Notes: generated from the sequence alone by a model not told the origin. A DNA stretch of 25,628 nt from a virus (IMGVR_UViG_3300020519_000021:1-25628); one strand, 5' to 3'. Shown: positions 9,740-18,173, counted from the stretch's first letter. Translations and numbers: made by a program.

Positions 9740-10070
9740 AGTGTAAGCCCTCGTTGCCATTCTGTGAGATGATATCAATCCTATCCTCGTCCCAATTGTC
9801 TTTAGGGCAAGATGTCCAAGCACATTCAGTAACCTTGCTTAAATCCTTACCGCATATCTGACACAAAGATGAATCACTATCCACAGCCCACTCGTGCCCA
9901 TCTTTCCATACCGCACCTAACTCATTGTATGTGTTTTTTGCAATATTATAAGTGGAGAATACCTCTTGCCATACCTTATTATCTTCTTTACGATAAAACA
10001 CTTCTAAATCTTTAAGTTTAATATTCCTGTAGGGATGATGTTCGGGGAGGTCGTTTAAACGGATTCTCAT
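9732..10070 (-). CDS. Hypothetical protein with Cys cluster
   Basis: 112 aa; CQIC...CAWTSC; overlaps both neighbours. Confidence 0.65.
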   Translation of the reverse strand: MRIRLNDLPEHHPYRNIKLKDLEVFYRKEDNKVWQEVFSTYNIAKNTYNELGAVWKDGHEWAVDSDSSLCQICGKDLSKVTECAWTSCPKDNWDEDRIDIISQNGNEGLHYV

Positions 10071-10261
10071 TTCTTTCCTTTCTTTGGCACAAGGGATTCG
10101 TCACGAAAATCACAAACCCTGCACTTAGTTAGTGTGTCAATAAGATATTTACAATCAGGAAGGCAACTTGGCTTAATGAGTTTAATACCCTCATCAAACT
10201 TCTTCTTACTACCTTTACCACTAATTATACTATCGCCTGTAATATCATTTTTTGTTGCCAT
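10067..10261 (-). CDS. Hypothetical protein
   Basis: 64 aa; MATKNDITGDSI start, four Cys; ATGA coupling to the next gene. Confidence 0.65.
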   Translation of the reverse strand: MATKNDITGDSIISGKGSKKKFDEGIKLIKPSCLPDCKYLIDTLTKCRVCDFRDESLVPKKGKK

Positions 10262-10610
10262 GTCGTTCTACCCTTTCCTCAGCGGTCTTGATGTCGTGGC
10301 AAGGGGAGCATAACACCTGCAAATTCCCACCCTCACAAAACAACCTACTTATAAAAGTATTCCAATCTACAAATCCTGTAAAAGGACACACTACTGGTTC
10401 TACATGGTCTACATTCACTTCTTTAGCTGGGAATTCACCTTTGCACATATTACAAGTGAAGTGTTCAGCCATTCTATTTGTTTTGGCATTGACCTTTTTG
10501 CCTACTGATGCCGCTTTTAGAGTTTCATACTTGGGGGGATATTTTCTAAACCCACCTCGCAGAGTTGAAGTGATAAATGTCCGTAACCGACCTTCTGTCC
10601 AGCTAGACAA
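10245..10610 (-). CDS. HNH endonuclease
   Basis: CNMC...VDHVEP...NLQVLCSPCH; likely TTG start at 10610 with AGGA RBS. Confidence 0.8.
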   Translation of the reverse strand: MSSWTEGRLRTFITSTLRGGFRKYPPKYETLKAASVGKKVNAKTNRMAEHFTCNMCKGEFPAKEVNVDHVEPVVCPFTGFVDWNTFISRLFCEGGNLQVLCSPCHDIKTAEERVERHGNKK

Positions 10611-10785
10611 GATTCTTTCCTGAATATATATTATAAACTCTCTGAATTGCCTCACCATCTTCTTTGTCCATCCCATGAAATATCTCATACCAATCGTTGT
10701 GCAAGGTTTGTATTAAGATATTCTCACAGTCTTCTTCTGATAAATCTATTACTTGTTTACTGACAACATTTACCTCAAACTTCAT
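10603..10785 (-). CDS. Hypothetical protein
   Basis: 60 aa ORF overlapping both neighbours in the operon. Confidence 0.6.
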   Translation of the reverse strand: MKFEVNVVSKQVIDLSEEDCENILIQTLHNDWYEIFHGMDKEDGEAIQRVYNIYSGKNLV

Positions 10786-11488
10786 TTAGTAGCCTTTCAT
10801 ATCGTGAAATATAACTATCATCTAAAGACCTAAGAATATACAAGCATTGTGCGTTCATCAAGAACTCCTCCTCGCTGGCGTATTGTGAAAGGCATACATC
10901 CAACATAGCCCTCTCATTATCAATTCCAGCAAGGAGTTTGCGAGCCTTGGCTTCACCCAATCCCTTTACACCCTTCACATTATCAGATGTATCACCCTTT
11001 AGGCATTGCTCATAAAACAAGCGTGTGCCCTCTAGGGCTGTCTGTGTGATGAATGTATCGGGCTTCATCCACCGCTTTGCTTCAGGACCTCCCTGTATCT
11101 CCCATTGGAAGTGTCTACCTTCTATTTGCAAAAGGTCTTTGTCCAATGAACAGATAATCGTGTCAGCAGTTTGGTAGATTCCAAGGGCATCGTCAGCCTC
11201 AAGATTATCAGGTGCAACCTCAGCACATAATTCCTTTATTGAGAACTCACGACACGCTTGTAACCAGTTTGGCTTTGGTTGTGTGCGGTTTGCTTTATAC
11301 TCAGGGTAAACCTCTTTGCGGAAGTTTCTAGCCCCTGTTAGAAAAGCCCTATACTCTGTTGTTTGCACTTTGGTAAGGATTGTGTCTAGGAGTTCCTCTA
11401 CACGATGAGTGGCAATAGACAAGTCTTCGTTCTCTGAACTAGCAGCACATCTATATACCACCAAATCCATATCAATTAACGCTATCAT
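10775..11488 (-). CDS. 5'-3' exonuclease (T7 gp6 / FEN family)
   Basis: ALIDMD, NFRKEVYPEYKANR, EADD, DKDL, GDTSDNVKGVKGLG motifs. Confidence 0.92.
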   Translation of the reverse strand: MIALIDMDLVVYRCAASSENEDLSIATHRVEELLDTILTKVQTTEYRAFLTGARNFRKEVYPEYKANRTQPKPNWLQACREFSIKELCAEVAPDNLEADDALGIYQTADTIICSLDKDLLQIEGRHFQWEIQGGPEAKRWMKPDTFITQTALEGTRLFYEQCLKGDTSDNVKGVKGLGEAKARKLLAGIDNERAMLDVCLSQYASEEEFLMNAQCLYILRSLDDSYISRYERLLNEV

Positions 11489-11579
11489 ATATTACCTCGT
11501 GTAAAAATATACAACAACCAACCCCTACCAACATACCTAAGAAAAAGGCTGTGCTATAACAAAGGATGTATTCAATCAC
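11472..11579 (-). CDS. 35-aa membrane microprotein (not in ORF track)
   Basis: MIEYILCYSTAFFLGMLVGVGCCIFLHEVIYDSVN; GTGA overlap with the SSB stop. Confidence 0.55.
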   Translation of the reverse strand: MIEYILCYSTAFFLGMLVGVGCCIFLHEVIYDSVN

Positions 11580-11983
11580 ACGGCACCAGCTAGGTCGGTG
11601 TCAGCGTCTTCGTCAGCACCATACTCTAACAACTTAGTAACTGTCAGGCGAGAGATGGTGGCACTTACACCCTTCTTACCCTTAAATTCCCATGCAAAAG
11701 GTTTAACCGTTGCTACGGCTAGTGAACCGTTACCAATTTTGATGTTACTAGGAACTTCCGAACCATCCTCGTAATAGGCGGGGATTGGGTAGGTCGATTT
11801 ACAAGTAATATACACACCACGCTCGTCTTCTGCTTTGGTTGATTCACGGGCTTCAATTCCTTCTTTGGCTAATTCTTCTACTGCTTTGGTGGACAAGTTT
11901 GACAGGTCAATCTGATATTTCCCTGACATCTCATTTACATGGTTTAGGTTTGCCCACATGATTGTTGCTTTTAATTTTGTCAT
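11576..11983 (-). CDS. ssDNA-binding protein (T7 gp2.5-like)
   Basis: WA.L...GKYQIDL, IGNGS motif, acidic C-terminal tail DEDADTD; GGAG RBS. Confidence 0.7.
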   Translation of the reverse strand: MTKLKATIMWANLNHVNEMSGKYQIDLSNLSTKAVEELAKEGIEARESTKAEDERGVYITCKSTYPIPAYYEDGSEVPSNIKIGNGSLAVATVKPFAWEFKGKKGVSATISRLTVTKLLEYGADEDADTDLAGAV

Positions 11984-11985
11984 AC

Positions 11986-12045
11986 TTAACTCCAATGTCT
12001 AATAGTGTTGATAATAATACAAAAACAGGTAATAACTTCTAACAT
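11986..12045 (-). CDS. 19-aa micro-ORF (not in ORF track)
   Basis: MLEVITCFCIIINTIRHWS fills the gap between the two SSB-like genes. Confidence 0.4.
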   Translation of the reverse strand: MLEVITCFCIIINTIRHWS

Positions 12046-12055
12046 CCTAATCCAA

Positions 12056-12502
12056 TTATAAGGTTTCTGCTGGCTCAAAGACAAACTCCTCAAACTGTTT
12101 AGCAATGGCAATGATGTCACCTACCGTTGCTTTAGGGGATAGGGCAATAGCATTAGCAAGGGATGATTGTCTAACAATGTATCGTTGTTTAATCGCCCGT
12201 TCCTCTGCTGTTTCATAGTTACTACCTATTACCTTGGTCGTTGGTGCAGCTTGTTTAAACGACCCTACTGGACCAATAGCAGACCAGTTGTCATACTTAC
12301 CATTCTTTGTGATGGCTACTTCAAATTTGTCACCAATGTTCGCATCATCTAACACACCAAACACCTTGGGGTTAGCAAAGGGAACTATGTTCTGTGTGCG
12401 AGTTACGCCTTCAGAGGTGAAGGTTACAGCTAGAGTGCGTGTTGGTTTCCCAAACTTATCCTCTTTGTCTACCTTTGCTATATCTACAATCTCAATTTCC
12501 AT
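12056..12502 (-). CDS. Putative OB-fold ssDNA-binding protein
   Basis: Beta-rich N-domain (GDKFEVAITKNGKYDNW) plus ETAEER...IVRQSS helix; TAATG coupling to the polymerase C-half, GGAGG RBS. Confidence 0.5.
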   Translation of the reverse strand: MEIEIVDIAKVDKEDKFGKPTRTLAVTFTSEGVTRTQNIVPFANPKVFGVLDDANIGDKFEVAITKNGKYDNWSAIGPVGSFKQAAPTTKVIGSNYETAEERAIKQRYIVRQSSLANAIALSPKATVGDIIAIAKQFEEFVFEPAETL

Positions 12503-13209
12503 TATACTACCTCCATATCTGCCCAATTCAAACCCTTTTGACACTCAGCCGCCATTGGGACATTAAATTTCACACCAAACATCTTTTCAAAATTAGCTGG
12601 TAGGTCGTGAAACACGCTGTGAAACATTGCCACTAATTCCTTAGTATCGCACACTTTGTCATCAAAGTCAAGGATTATCGAATCGTGCACCGTATTCACT
12701 AACAAACATTTGTCACCATAACCTAGCTTTTTCAATCGGTTATGAGCACTAACCCTAGCCAAAGCCATGAGGTCTGCACCCGTTCCCTGAACAGCATAAT
12801 TCTTAATCTGCGTGTCCTTATACTGCCCACCGAACTTCTGAAAGTAATATTCCCTACCAGTTGGGGCTACTAGTTTATTGGTTTCCACTACCTCACGAAT
12901 AATCTTTGTGTGCCATGCCCCTATGCCTCGATACTTGTCGTAGTAGGCATCCACCACATCCTTCCAATATGCCTTACTCTTGCTTATAGAAGTGAAGTCA
13001 GGGTCATTAGCAAACGAGAACTCATTGCCACCATACAATATCCTAAAGTTTAAAATCTTTGCTATCAAACGGGATGGTAGCCCAAACTTCTCTTGGTTAT
13101 CAGTATGCAAGTCCACACCATTCACAATCTCGTTTATTAGGACTTGGTCTTGGCTAAGGTAGGCGGCAACACGGATTTCTAGAGCAGATGCGTCTGCCTG
13201 TAACAGCAT
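12502..13209 (-). CDS. DNA polymerase A, C-terminal half (palm/fingers)
   Basis: Motif A ADASALE, motif B RLIAKILNFRILYG, NYAVQGTGAD, motif C VHDSI. Confidence 0.92.
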   Translation of the reverse strand: MLLQADASALEIRVAAYLSQDQVLINEIVNGVDLHTDNQEKFGLPSRLIAKILNFRILYGGNEFSFANDPDFTSISKSKAYWKDVVDAYYDKYRGIGAWHTKIIREVVETNKLVAPTGREYYFQKFGGQYKDTQIKNYAVQGTGADLMALARVSAHNRLKKLGYGDKCLLVNTVHDSIILDFDDKVCDTKELVAMFHSVFHDLPANFEKMFGVKFNVPMAAECQKGLNWADMEVV

Positions 13210-13430
13210 TACGGCAACTCTCGTATGATTGCCATTAAGTTTGGATACTTCAGTTTTGACAAGAAGAATTCCGCACCATACCTGCTAATAAACTCGTTAA
13301 TCTCAATCATCGTGAATTCCACATACATTTCTTCTTCATTCATACCTGATTCGTTTTCTCTGTCCATGTTATTCCTCGGTCTGTTATATAAGTTAATCGG
13401 GGGTAAGTAAAATTTGTGCCATTCTATCAT
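13209..13430 (-). CDS. Hypothetical protein (polymerase insert)
   Basis: 73 aa; ATGA overlap upstream, TAATG overlap with the polymerase C-half. Confidence 0.6.
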   Translation of the reverse strand: MIEWHKFYLPPINLYNRPRNNMDRENESGMNEEEMYVEFTMIEINEFISRYGAEFFLSKLKYPNLMAIIRELP

Positions 13431-13504
13431 AATTTCTTTGCATTTTCCTTCATCTTAGATAAGATTAGGAGATAAGTCAATTCCTCAAGTTCTGCTTGTG
13501 TCAT
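13427..13504 (-). CDS. 25-aa micro-ORF (polymerase insert; not in ORF track)
   Basis: MTQAELEELTYLLILSKMKENAKKL; starts 2 nt after the upstream stop, ATGA overlap downstream. Confidence 0.55.
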   Translation of the reverse strand: MTQAELEELTYLLILSKMKENAKKL

Positions 13505-13506
13505 AA

Positions 13507-13989
13507 TCAATCCCACAAATTCCTATAATATTTACCAAATAAAGCAAGCCCTTTATCTATTCGCTTATTATGCGCCCTTAGTCCATCCCAATCAATCCTA
13601 TCTGTCCAAAACTTCTCATCACTTTCGTCATCTAACACTTGCTCAAATGACCAAATCATCTCATCTACTATGGTATTCCACTTCTTTTCAGTAAGAGTGC
13701 TTGGATATCCATACTTGTCTTCCTTTAGCTGTTTAAGCATTGGTAGGATGATTTTAGCAAGGGTGGTATTCATATTCCATGTGTCATATTCATCAATGTG
13801 CACATATTCGACACGAGGGTGGATTGTGTCTAAAACCTTCTGCAAAATCGACATGACAGGGTATAAGATGTTGTTTAAACGCTTTACCCACGGTTCGTGA
13901 TATTCAATCTCTCGCCAAAAGCACAACTTCTCTGCTATTTTCAATGGGCTTATCCAATGGTATCTATAATTAGATAGGTATATTTTCAT
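13507..13989 (-). CDS. Phage hypothetical protein (polymerase insert)
   Basis: 160 aa; DTWNM..TLA.IILPML.QLK...DEMIWSFE...GLALFGKYY.NLWD pattern familiar from phage proteins; AAGGA RBS. Confidence 0.75.
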   Translation of the reverse strand: MKIYLSNYRYHWISPLKIAEKLCFWREIEYHEPWVKRLNNILYPVMSILQKVLDTIHPRVEYVHIDEYDTWNMNTTLAKIILPMLKQLKEDKYGYPSTLTEKKWNTIVDEMIWSFEQVLDDESDEKFWTDRIDWDGLRAHNKRIDKGLALFGKYYRNLWD

Positions 13990-14139
13990 ATCTATTTCCT
14001 TTGTCTGTAATATTTCTTAAATTATGTGACACAAAGTGTACAATTTGGTAGTTTTGTTGCCAATAAGTAACAGTTTTAGTTCAAAACTAAACTAAAAGTG
14101 TAGACCTACGCATAAAATTAAACTCAAAAAAGTGATATA

Positions 14140-14361
14140 TCAAACAGTCTTCCCTATGTAGGTAGCCTTACTGTCTTTAAACTGAAATGTTATTTCACAC
14201 TCTTGCCCTTTGGTTCCATTAAAAAGCTTCCATACGCCATATCCCATAGAAACAAAAGCAATGAGCATAAGGGTTACTACCACTACGGTGGCTCTATCTA
14301 TATTCCTGTCTTTTGAACAATCACAGTTGCGTCCTTGATTACAGTTTTGATTACACGGCAT
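14140..14361 (-). CDS. Small membrane protein with Cys-rich N-terminus (polymerase insert)
   Basis: MPCNQNCNQGRNCDC then one hydrophobic helix; AGGAG RBS. Confidence 0.65.
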   Translation of the reverse strand: MPCNQNCNQGRNCDCSKDRNIDRATVVVVTLMLIAFVSMGYGVWKLFNGTKGQECEITFQFKDSKATYIGKTV

Positions 14362-14371
14362 TATCATTCTC

Positions 14372-14986
14372 CTATAATTTAAGTTCGTTATATCTAAGAT
14401 TTTCTCCAAGGGTTCCTCGCAAAAACGAATTAAATGCTAGGCTTACTCTTGTAATATCTGTATCTGTCTTTTCAACAGAGTGGGGCAAATATGATGGGAA
14501 TAATACAATCTCTTTTGATTCCACAGTTCTTCCCCAAGCATCCCCATTTACTGTGTTATATTGTTTTGCTGCTATTGCTATCTGCTTAGTAGATGGATTA
14601 TGAAACTTAATACTATCCTTATCTCTAGAAGCGTTAATATAAATAACCCCTGATATAAAACTATTAGGGTGTGAGTGCAGATGATGATACTGCCCTTCCT
14701 CTGTATAATTTAACCAAGATTGTGTGATATAAGCCTCTAAAGGATATTTAGGAATGTATATCTCTTGTAAATAATGATTAAGAAAAGTAGTTAAATAATC
14801 CTTAAGTTCTTTTAATTCAAGCATATCTAAGATATAAGCATTTATGGTGGATTTATTACCATAGTTAGCCATCAAATGATTTTTATGCTCTTGTATTACA
14901 CTAAGTTCTTCTTCTGTAAAATCCCTATCGAGCTTTCCTACCATAACTGGTATTGGAAATAATAAATTTAATTCATTATTCATCAT
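14372..14986 (-). CDS. 2OG-Fe(II) oxygenase (TIGR02466-like)
   Basis: SWLN...HHLHSHPNSFISGVIY, LFPSYLPHSV, RVSLAFN: HxH...H...R triad. Confidence 0.85.
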   Translation of the reverse strand: MMNNELNLLFPIPVMVGKLDRDFTEEELSVIQEHKNHLMANYGNKSTINAYILDMLELKELKDYLTTFLNHYLQEIYIPKYPLEAYITQSWLNYTEEGQYHHLHSHPNSFISGVIYINASRDKDSIKFHNPSTKQIAIAAKQYNTVNGDAWGRTVESKEIVLFPSYLPHSVEKTDTDITRVSLAFNSFLRGTLGENLRYNELKL

Positions 14987-15149
14987 TTACCACCCTATAA
15001 AATTTAACATATTGCCAATCTAGCTGGCTTGCCTTAACAACATAATTTCCCTGTGAGCTGTAAGTTTCCACTTCAATCAAACTCTCAGGCGGCTCGTAAC
15101 ATTCAGGTGAGCCGTCGTGTTTCCTCCAACCGTTCCGTTCATACAGCAT
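14976..15149 (-). CDS. Hypothetical 57-aa protein (first gene of polymerase insert)
   Basis: MLYERNGWRKHDG...; GGAG RBS inside the end of the polymerase N-half. Confidence 0.65.
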   Translation of the reverse strand: MLYERNGWRKHDGSPECYEPPESLIEVETYSSQGNYVVKASQLDWQYVKFYRVVNDE

Positions 15150-16305
15150 ATCTACTCCCAAATACACCCTTCATATCCCCACTAATGTTTTGTAGGTTGG
15201 GTTTAGTTGATGATAGTCGCCCTGTCCGAGCAACACATTGGTTGAGGTTCCCGTGCAACATATTCACACCCCAATTCATTTTCTCTCGTAACGCTGGCAA
15301 CCCTAAATAATAAGTTGATACTATCTTTTCTAGTTTAGCGAGTTCCAAGATGGTGTCCACTATTTTTTTTGCCTCACCTTTTGGCTTAAGGGATTTTAGC
15401 ACATCAGCACCAGTAGCCCAATAACCCTCTTTCTTAAGTTCACTTCCCACCAAGGGTTTAACAAGCCGTGGCATATAGAATGAATAATCTCTCCAACCCA
15501 GCTTCTCCTGTCCCTTCCTATCCCCTGTCTTATACACCCCTACAACTTCTTTGCGAGGGATAACGATTGTCCCACCATACAACAAGGCAGATAGGTGGTC
15601 GCCACTCTCGGTGTTAAATTCAGGGATTGAATGGCTTGCATACAGCGATGCCCGTAACTCCTCAATCTCTTTACCTAAGACCTCAGCCTGTTTCAGACAA
15701 GCCCCCTCGTCAAACAGCAGACCATTATACTCAATCTCCTGTAAGACAATCAGGTCTTGGTTGTGAAGGGAAACAAGGCGTTTAAACGCTGTGCTTTTTG
15801 AGTTCACTTCCTCTAACTGTTTATGATAAACTTCTAGAGTTAATTTTATATCTTGTTTTAAATATCTTTCTAAAATGTCTTTAGGTATATCAGGAGTATC
15901 TATACCAACTTCCCAATAAGCCTTAACTTCATCAAGTTTATTACCAAGTCCATAATACTCACTAACTGAATTTAAACTTGGATAACTATCCACTTGACCT
16001 TGTAGCATGAAGTGAACAAGTTGGCAGTCCCAGCAGCGAATATTACTGAAATCTAACCCATATCGCTTACCCCATCCAATATCAAATTTAAGATTAAATC
16101 CAACAAGTAGGTCGCAATTATCTAAAATACTTTGAGAGGTCTTTAGGGCATTTCCATAAGGATTTTCATCGTATTCTATTGGTAAAAGTGAATACTCTTG
16201 TTCATCTTTATAGAACCCTACATAAACCAATTTATTAGACTGGCTATATGTTGAACCTTTCTCAAAGGTCGTAGTTTCCACATCATAAGCGATTATATTT
16301 TTCAT
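15139..16305 (-). CDS. DNA polymerase A, N-terminal half (3'-5' exonuclease plus thumb)
   Basis: ExoI YDVET, ExoII FNLKFD, ExoIII YLKQD, TGRLSSTKPNLQN at the C-terminus. Confidence 0.92.
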   Translation of the reverse strand: MKNIIAYDVETTTFEKGSTYSQSNKLVYVGFYKDEQEYSLLPIEYDENPYGNALKTSQSILDNCDLLVGFNLKFDIGWGKRYGLDFSNIRCWDCQLVHFMLQGQVDSYPSLNSVSEYYGLGNKLDEVKAYWEVGIDTPDIPKDILERYLKQDIKLTLEVYHKQLEEVNSKSTAFKRLVSLHNQDLIVLQEIEYNGLLFDEGACLKQAEVLGKEIEELRASLYASHSIPEFNTESGDHLSALLYGGTIVIPRKEVVGVYKTGDRKGQEKLGWRDYSFYMPRLVKPLVGSELKKEGYWATGADVLKSLKPKGEAKKIVDTILELAKLEKIVSTYYLGLPALREKMNWGVNMLHGNLNQCVARTGRLSSTKPNLQNISGDMKGVFGSRYAV

Positions 16306-16786
16306 TTGGCACCTTGTCTAATATAGCTAAAGCAAACTCAATAAGCTCTCTAGGAGTAGCATTACTTTTCATTCTATTGGCTTTATCTGAAATAACTTCA
16401 ATATTACCTTTTACATATCCTAATTCAGGAATAATCTTATCAAGAGAAGGTGCAGAGTCTTTTCGTCCATTACCTTTTGTTCTATCTAATTTAATTTTAA
16501 GATAAGGGCAAAATTCAGGTATTTCTATGTCCTCAATATCCAAGTTAAAAGGTAAGTTATGCTGTTTAGCTCTTAATTTAGCAGACCTTAACATAAAGTA
16601 TTCTACATTAGTTTCTCTAAATCGTTTACTGGTATCTTTAACTCTATCAGGATGATTTTCTTTATATTTTTTCGCGTGTAAATTGTTACATAGTTTGCAA
16701 TAGTAGTTATAACCATCTTTTGCAGACGACGCTTTATGAAATTCAGAAAACTCCTTTTTAATTTTACAATTTGAACATATTTTCAT
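16283..16786 (-). CDS. HNH-type (homing) endonuclease
   Basis: N-terminal CSNC...CKLC Zn finger; CPYL...PSLDKI....GYVKGNIEVIS..ANRMK nuclease core. Confidence 0.8.
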   Translation of the reverse strand: MKICSNCKIKKEFSEFHKASSAKDGYNYYCKLCNNLHAKKYKENHPDRVKDTSKRFRETNVEYFMLRSAKLRAKQHNLPFNLDIEDIEIPEFCPYLKIKLDRTKGNGRKDSAPSLDKIIPELGYVKGNIEVISDKANRMKSNATPRELIEFALAILDKVPNEKYNRL

Positions 16787-16815
16787 AGGTTTCCTTAATA
16801 ATTAGTAATACTAAT

Positions 16816-16844
16816 AGTATAACATAATTTTATGATTAAGTCAA
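16816..16844 (-). promoter_or_regulatory. sigma70 promoter upstream of the HNH and polymerase genes
   Basis: TTGACT, 17 bp spacer, TATACT, extended -10 TG. Confidence 0.7.
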
Positions 16845-16851
16845 ACTATTT

Positions 16852-18072
16852 CTACATATCCTGATAAATTGATAAATGGGGCACGATAAGCACTTCCTTA
16901 CCCTTCAAGTGGCGCATCGCTTCAACAGTATTCGTGTCGCCTCGTAACTTATTCTTGGGGATATTTATATACCTAACATTCTCATATCCCTCTTTGTCTG
17001 TCCTACCAATACCAATAATAAAATCTAGTTCCGATGGCTTACTGGTCTTACTGTCTGCCATTTGGCTTTCATTGATGTAGCGGTCATTATGCCCTGTGCT
17101 GTCCGCTTGTCCAACACTTATTACAGGGCAATAGGTCTTAGCGATATCTCGTCCCCACTTGTAAATCTCATGCAACACCAAATCTTTCCTATCGCCAACA
17201 AATCCCTTAACCTTGTCCATGTTGTCAATGATAATTAGCGATGGCTGCACTTGCTCTATCAGCTTTTCCATTGTCTTGCGTTCAACAAGCGATGGTTGGT
17301 CAATGAATTTAATCTTGTCGCCAATTTTCTCGTCCCATATCGCCTTGGCTTTCTTAATGTTGTTACTCAATTCCATGTAGGTCAAACCTGTAACAGCAGA
17401 ATACATTCGCCACACAATATCCTTGCCACCCTCCTCATTAAAAAATATGAGAATTGGTTGTTCTACCTGTTCTGCCATAAAGGTAACTTCACTTATCCAC
17501 ATGGCGGTTTTACCTGTTTCCACACGGGCAAATATGTGTCCGAAATTCCCCTTGCGTAGTGGTCCGAGGGATTGGTTGAGTGCGTTTAAACGCCACTTTA
17601 GTCCAAGTGATAATTCCTCCTCGTCCATAAGTTCCTCAATGTCAGTTGTTACCCATTCCACTTCGTCTATCTCATCAACAACCGATAATTCCAGTTTATC
17701 AATGATAGGTGCTAAATCCTCTACCTTCTTGCGCCCCTCGGCAACATCAATCGCCACAAGGGATAATTCACTAGCAACGGATTGTGAGTAGTGTTGTTGC
17801 ATATAATCAACGATTGATTGGGTATAAACCTCGGTCTTATCAACAGTAGCCAACAGTTCACTTATAACTTTTCTATCACCATCTTTTAACACGGGATACA
17901 AGGTTAGATATTTCGCTTCCAGTTCCCCTACGCTTTTAGCTGGCAACGATTTAAATAGCTTGAACAGTAGTGGGTAATCGGTTTTTATAAAATCTAGTTT
18001 TAAATAAGTGTGGTATTTAGTATATAAATCATTGTCCTCTAAAAATAGCTTCAATATGCTATGTTCTATCAT
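16852..18072 (-). CDS. DnaB-like replicative helicase
   Basis: Walker A ARVETGKT, NEE, Walker B IIIDNMD, GQA, KNK motifs. Confidence 0.9.
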   Translation of the reverse strand: MIEHSILKLFLEDNDLYTKYHTYLKLDFIKTDYPLLFKLFKSLPAKSVGELEAKYLTLYPVLKDGDRKVISELLATVDKTEVYTQSIVDYMQQHYSQSVASELSLVAIDVAEGRKKVEDLAPIIDKLELSVVDEIDEVEWVTTDIEELMDEEELSLGLKWRLNALNQSLGPLRKGNFGHIFARVETGKTAMWISEVTFMAEQVEQPILIFFNEEGGKDIVWRMYSAVTGLTYMELSNNIKKAKAIWDEKIGDKIKFIDQPSLVERKTMEKLIEQVQPSLIIIDNMDKVKGFVGDRKDLVLHEIYKWGRDIAKTYCPVISVGQADSTGHNDRYINESQMADSKTSKPSELDFIIGIGRTDKEGYENVRYINIPKNKLRGDTNTVEAMRHLKGKEVLIVPHLSIYQDM

Positions 18073-18096
18073 CTTTTTACCTCTTGAATTTGCTTA

Positions 18097-18173
18097 TTGA
18101 CAACATAGGAAATCTATGTTACCCTAATAATATATAATATATATATTTAATATATTATATTATTATATATATA
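18097..18173 (+). promoter_or_regulatory. Promoter-like element plus 49-nt A/T-only tract (candidate origin)
   Basis: TTGACA, 17 bp, TACCCT, then 18125-18173 with no G or C. Confidence 0.45.

Noticed and set aside
8960-12544. Extended N-termini in the track (9823, 10688, 11995, 12544)
   Set aside because: Downstream starts have better RBSs or stop/start coupling and avoid long overlaps
13210-15138. Group I/II intron or intein interrupting the polymerase
   Set aside because: No recognisable intron core or intein motifs; the space is filled with coupled ORFs and the C-half has its own ATG
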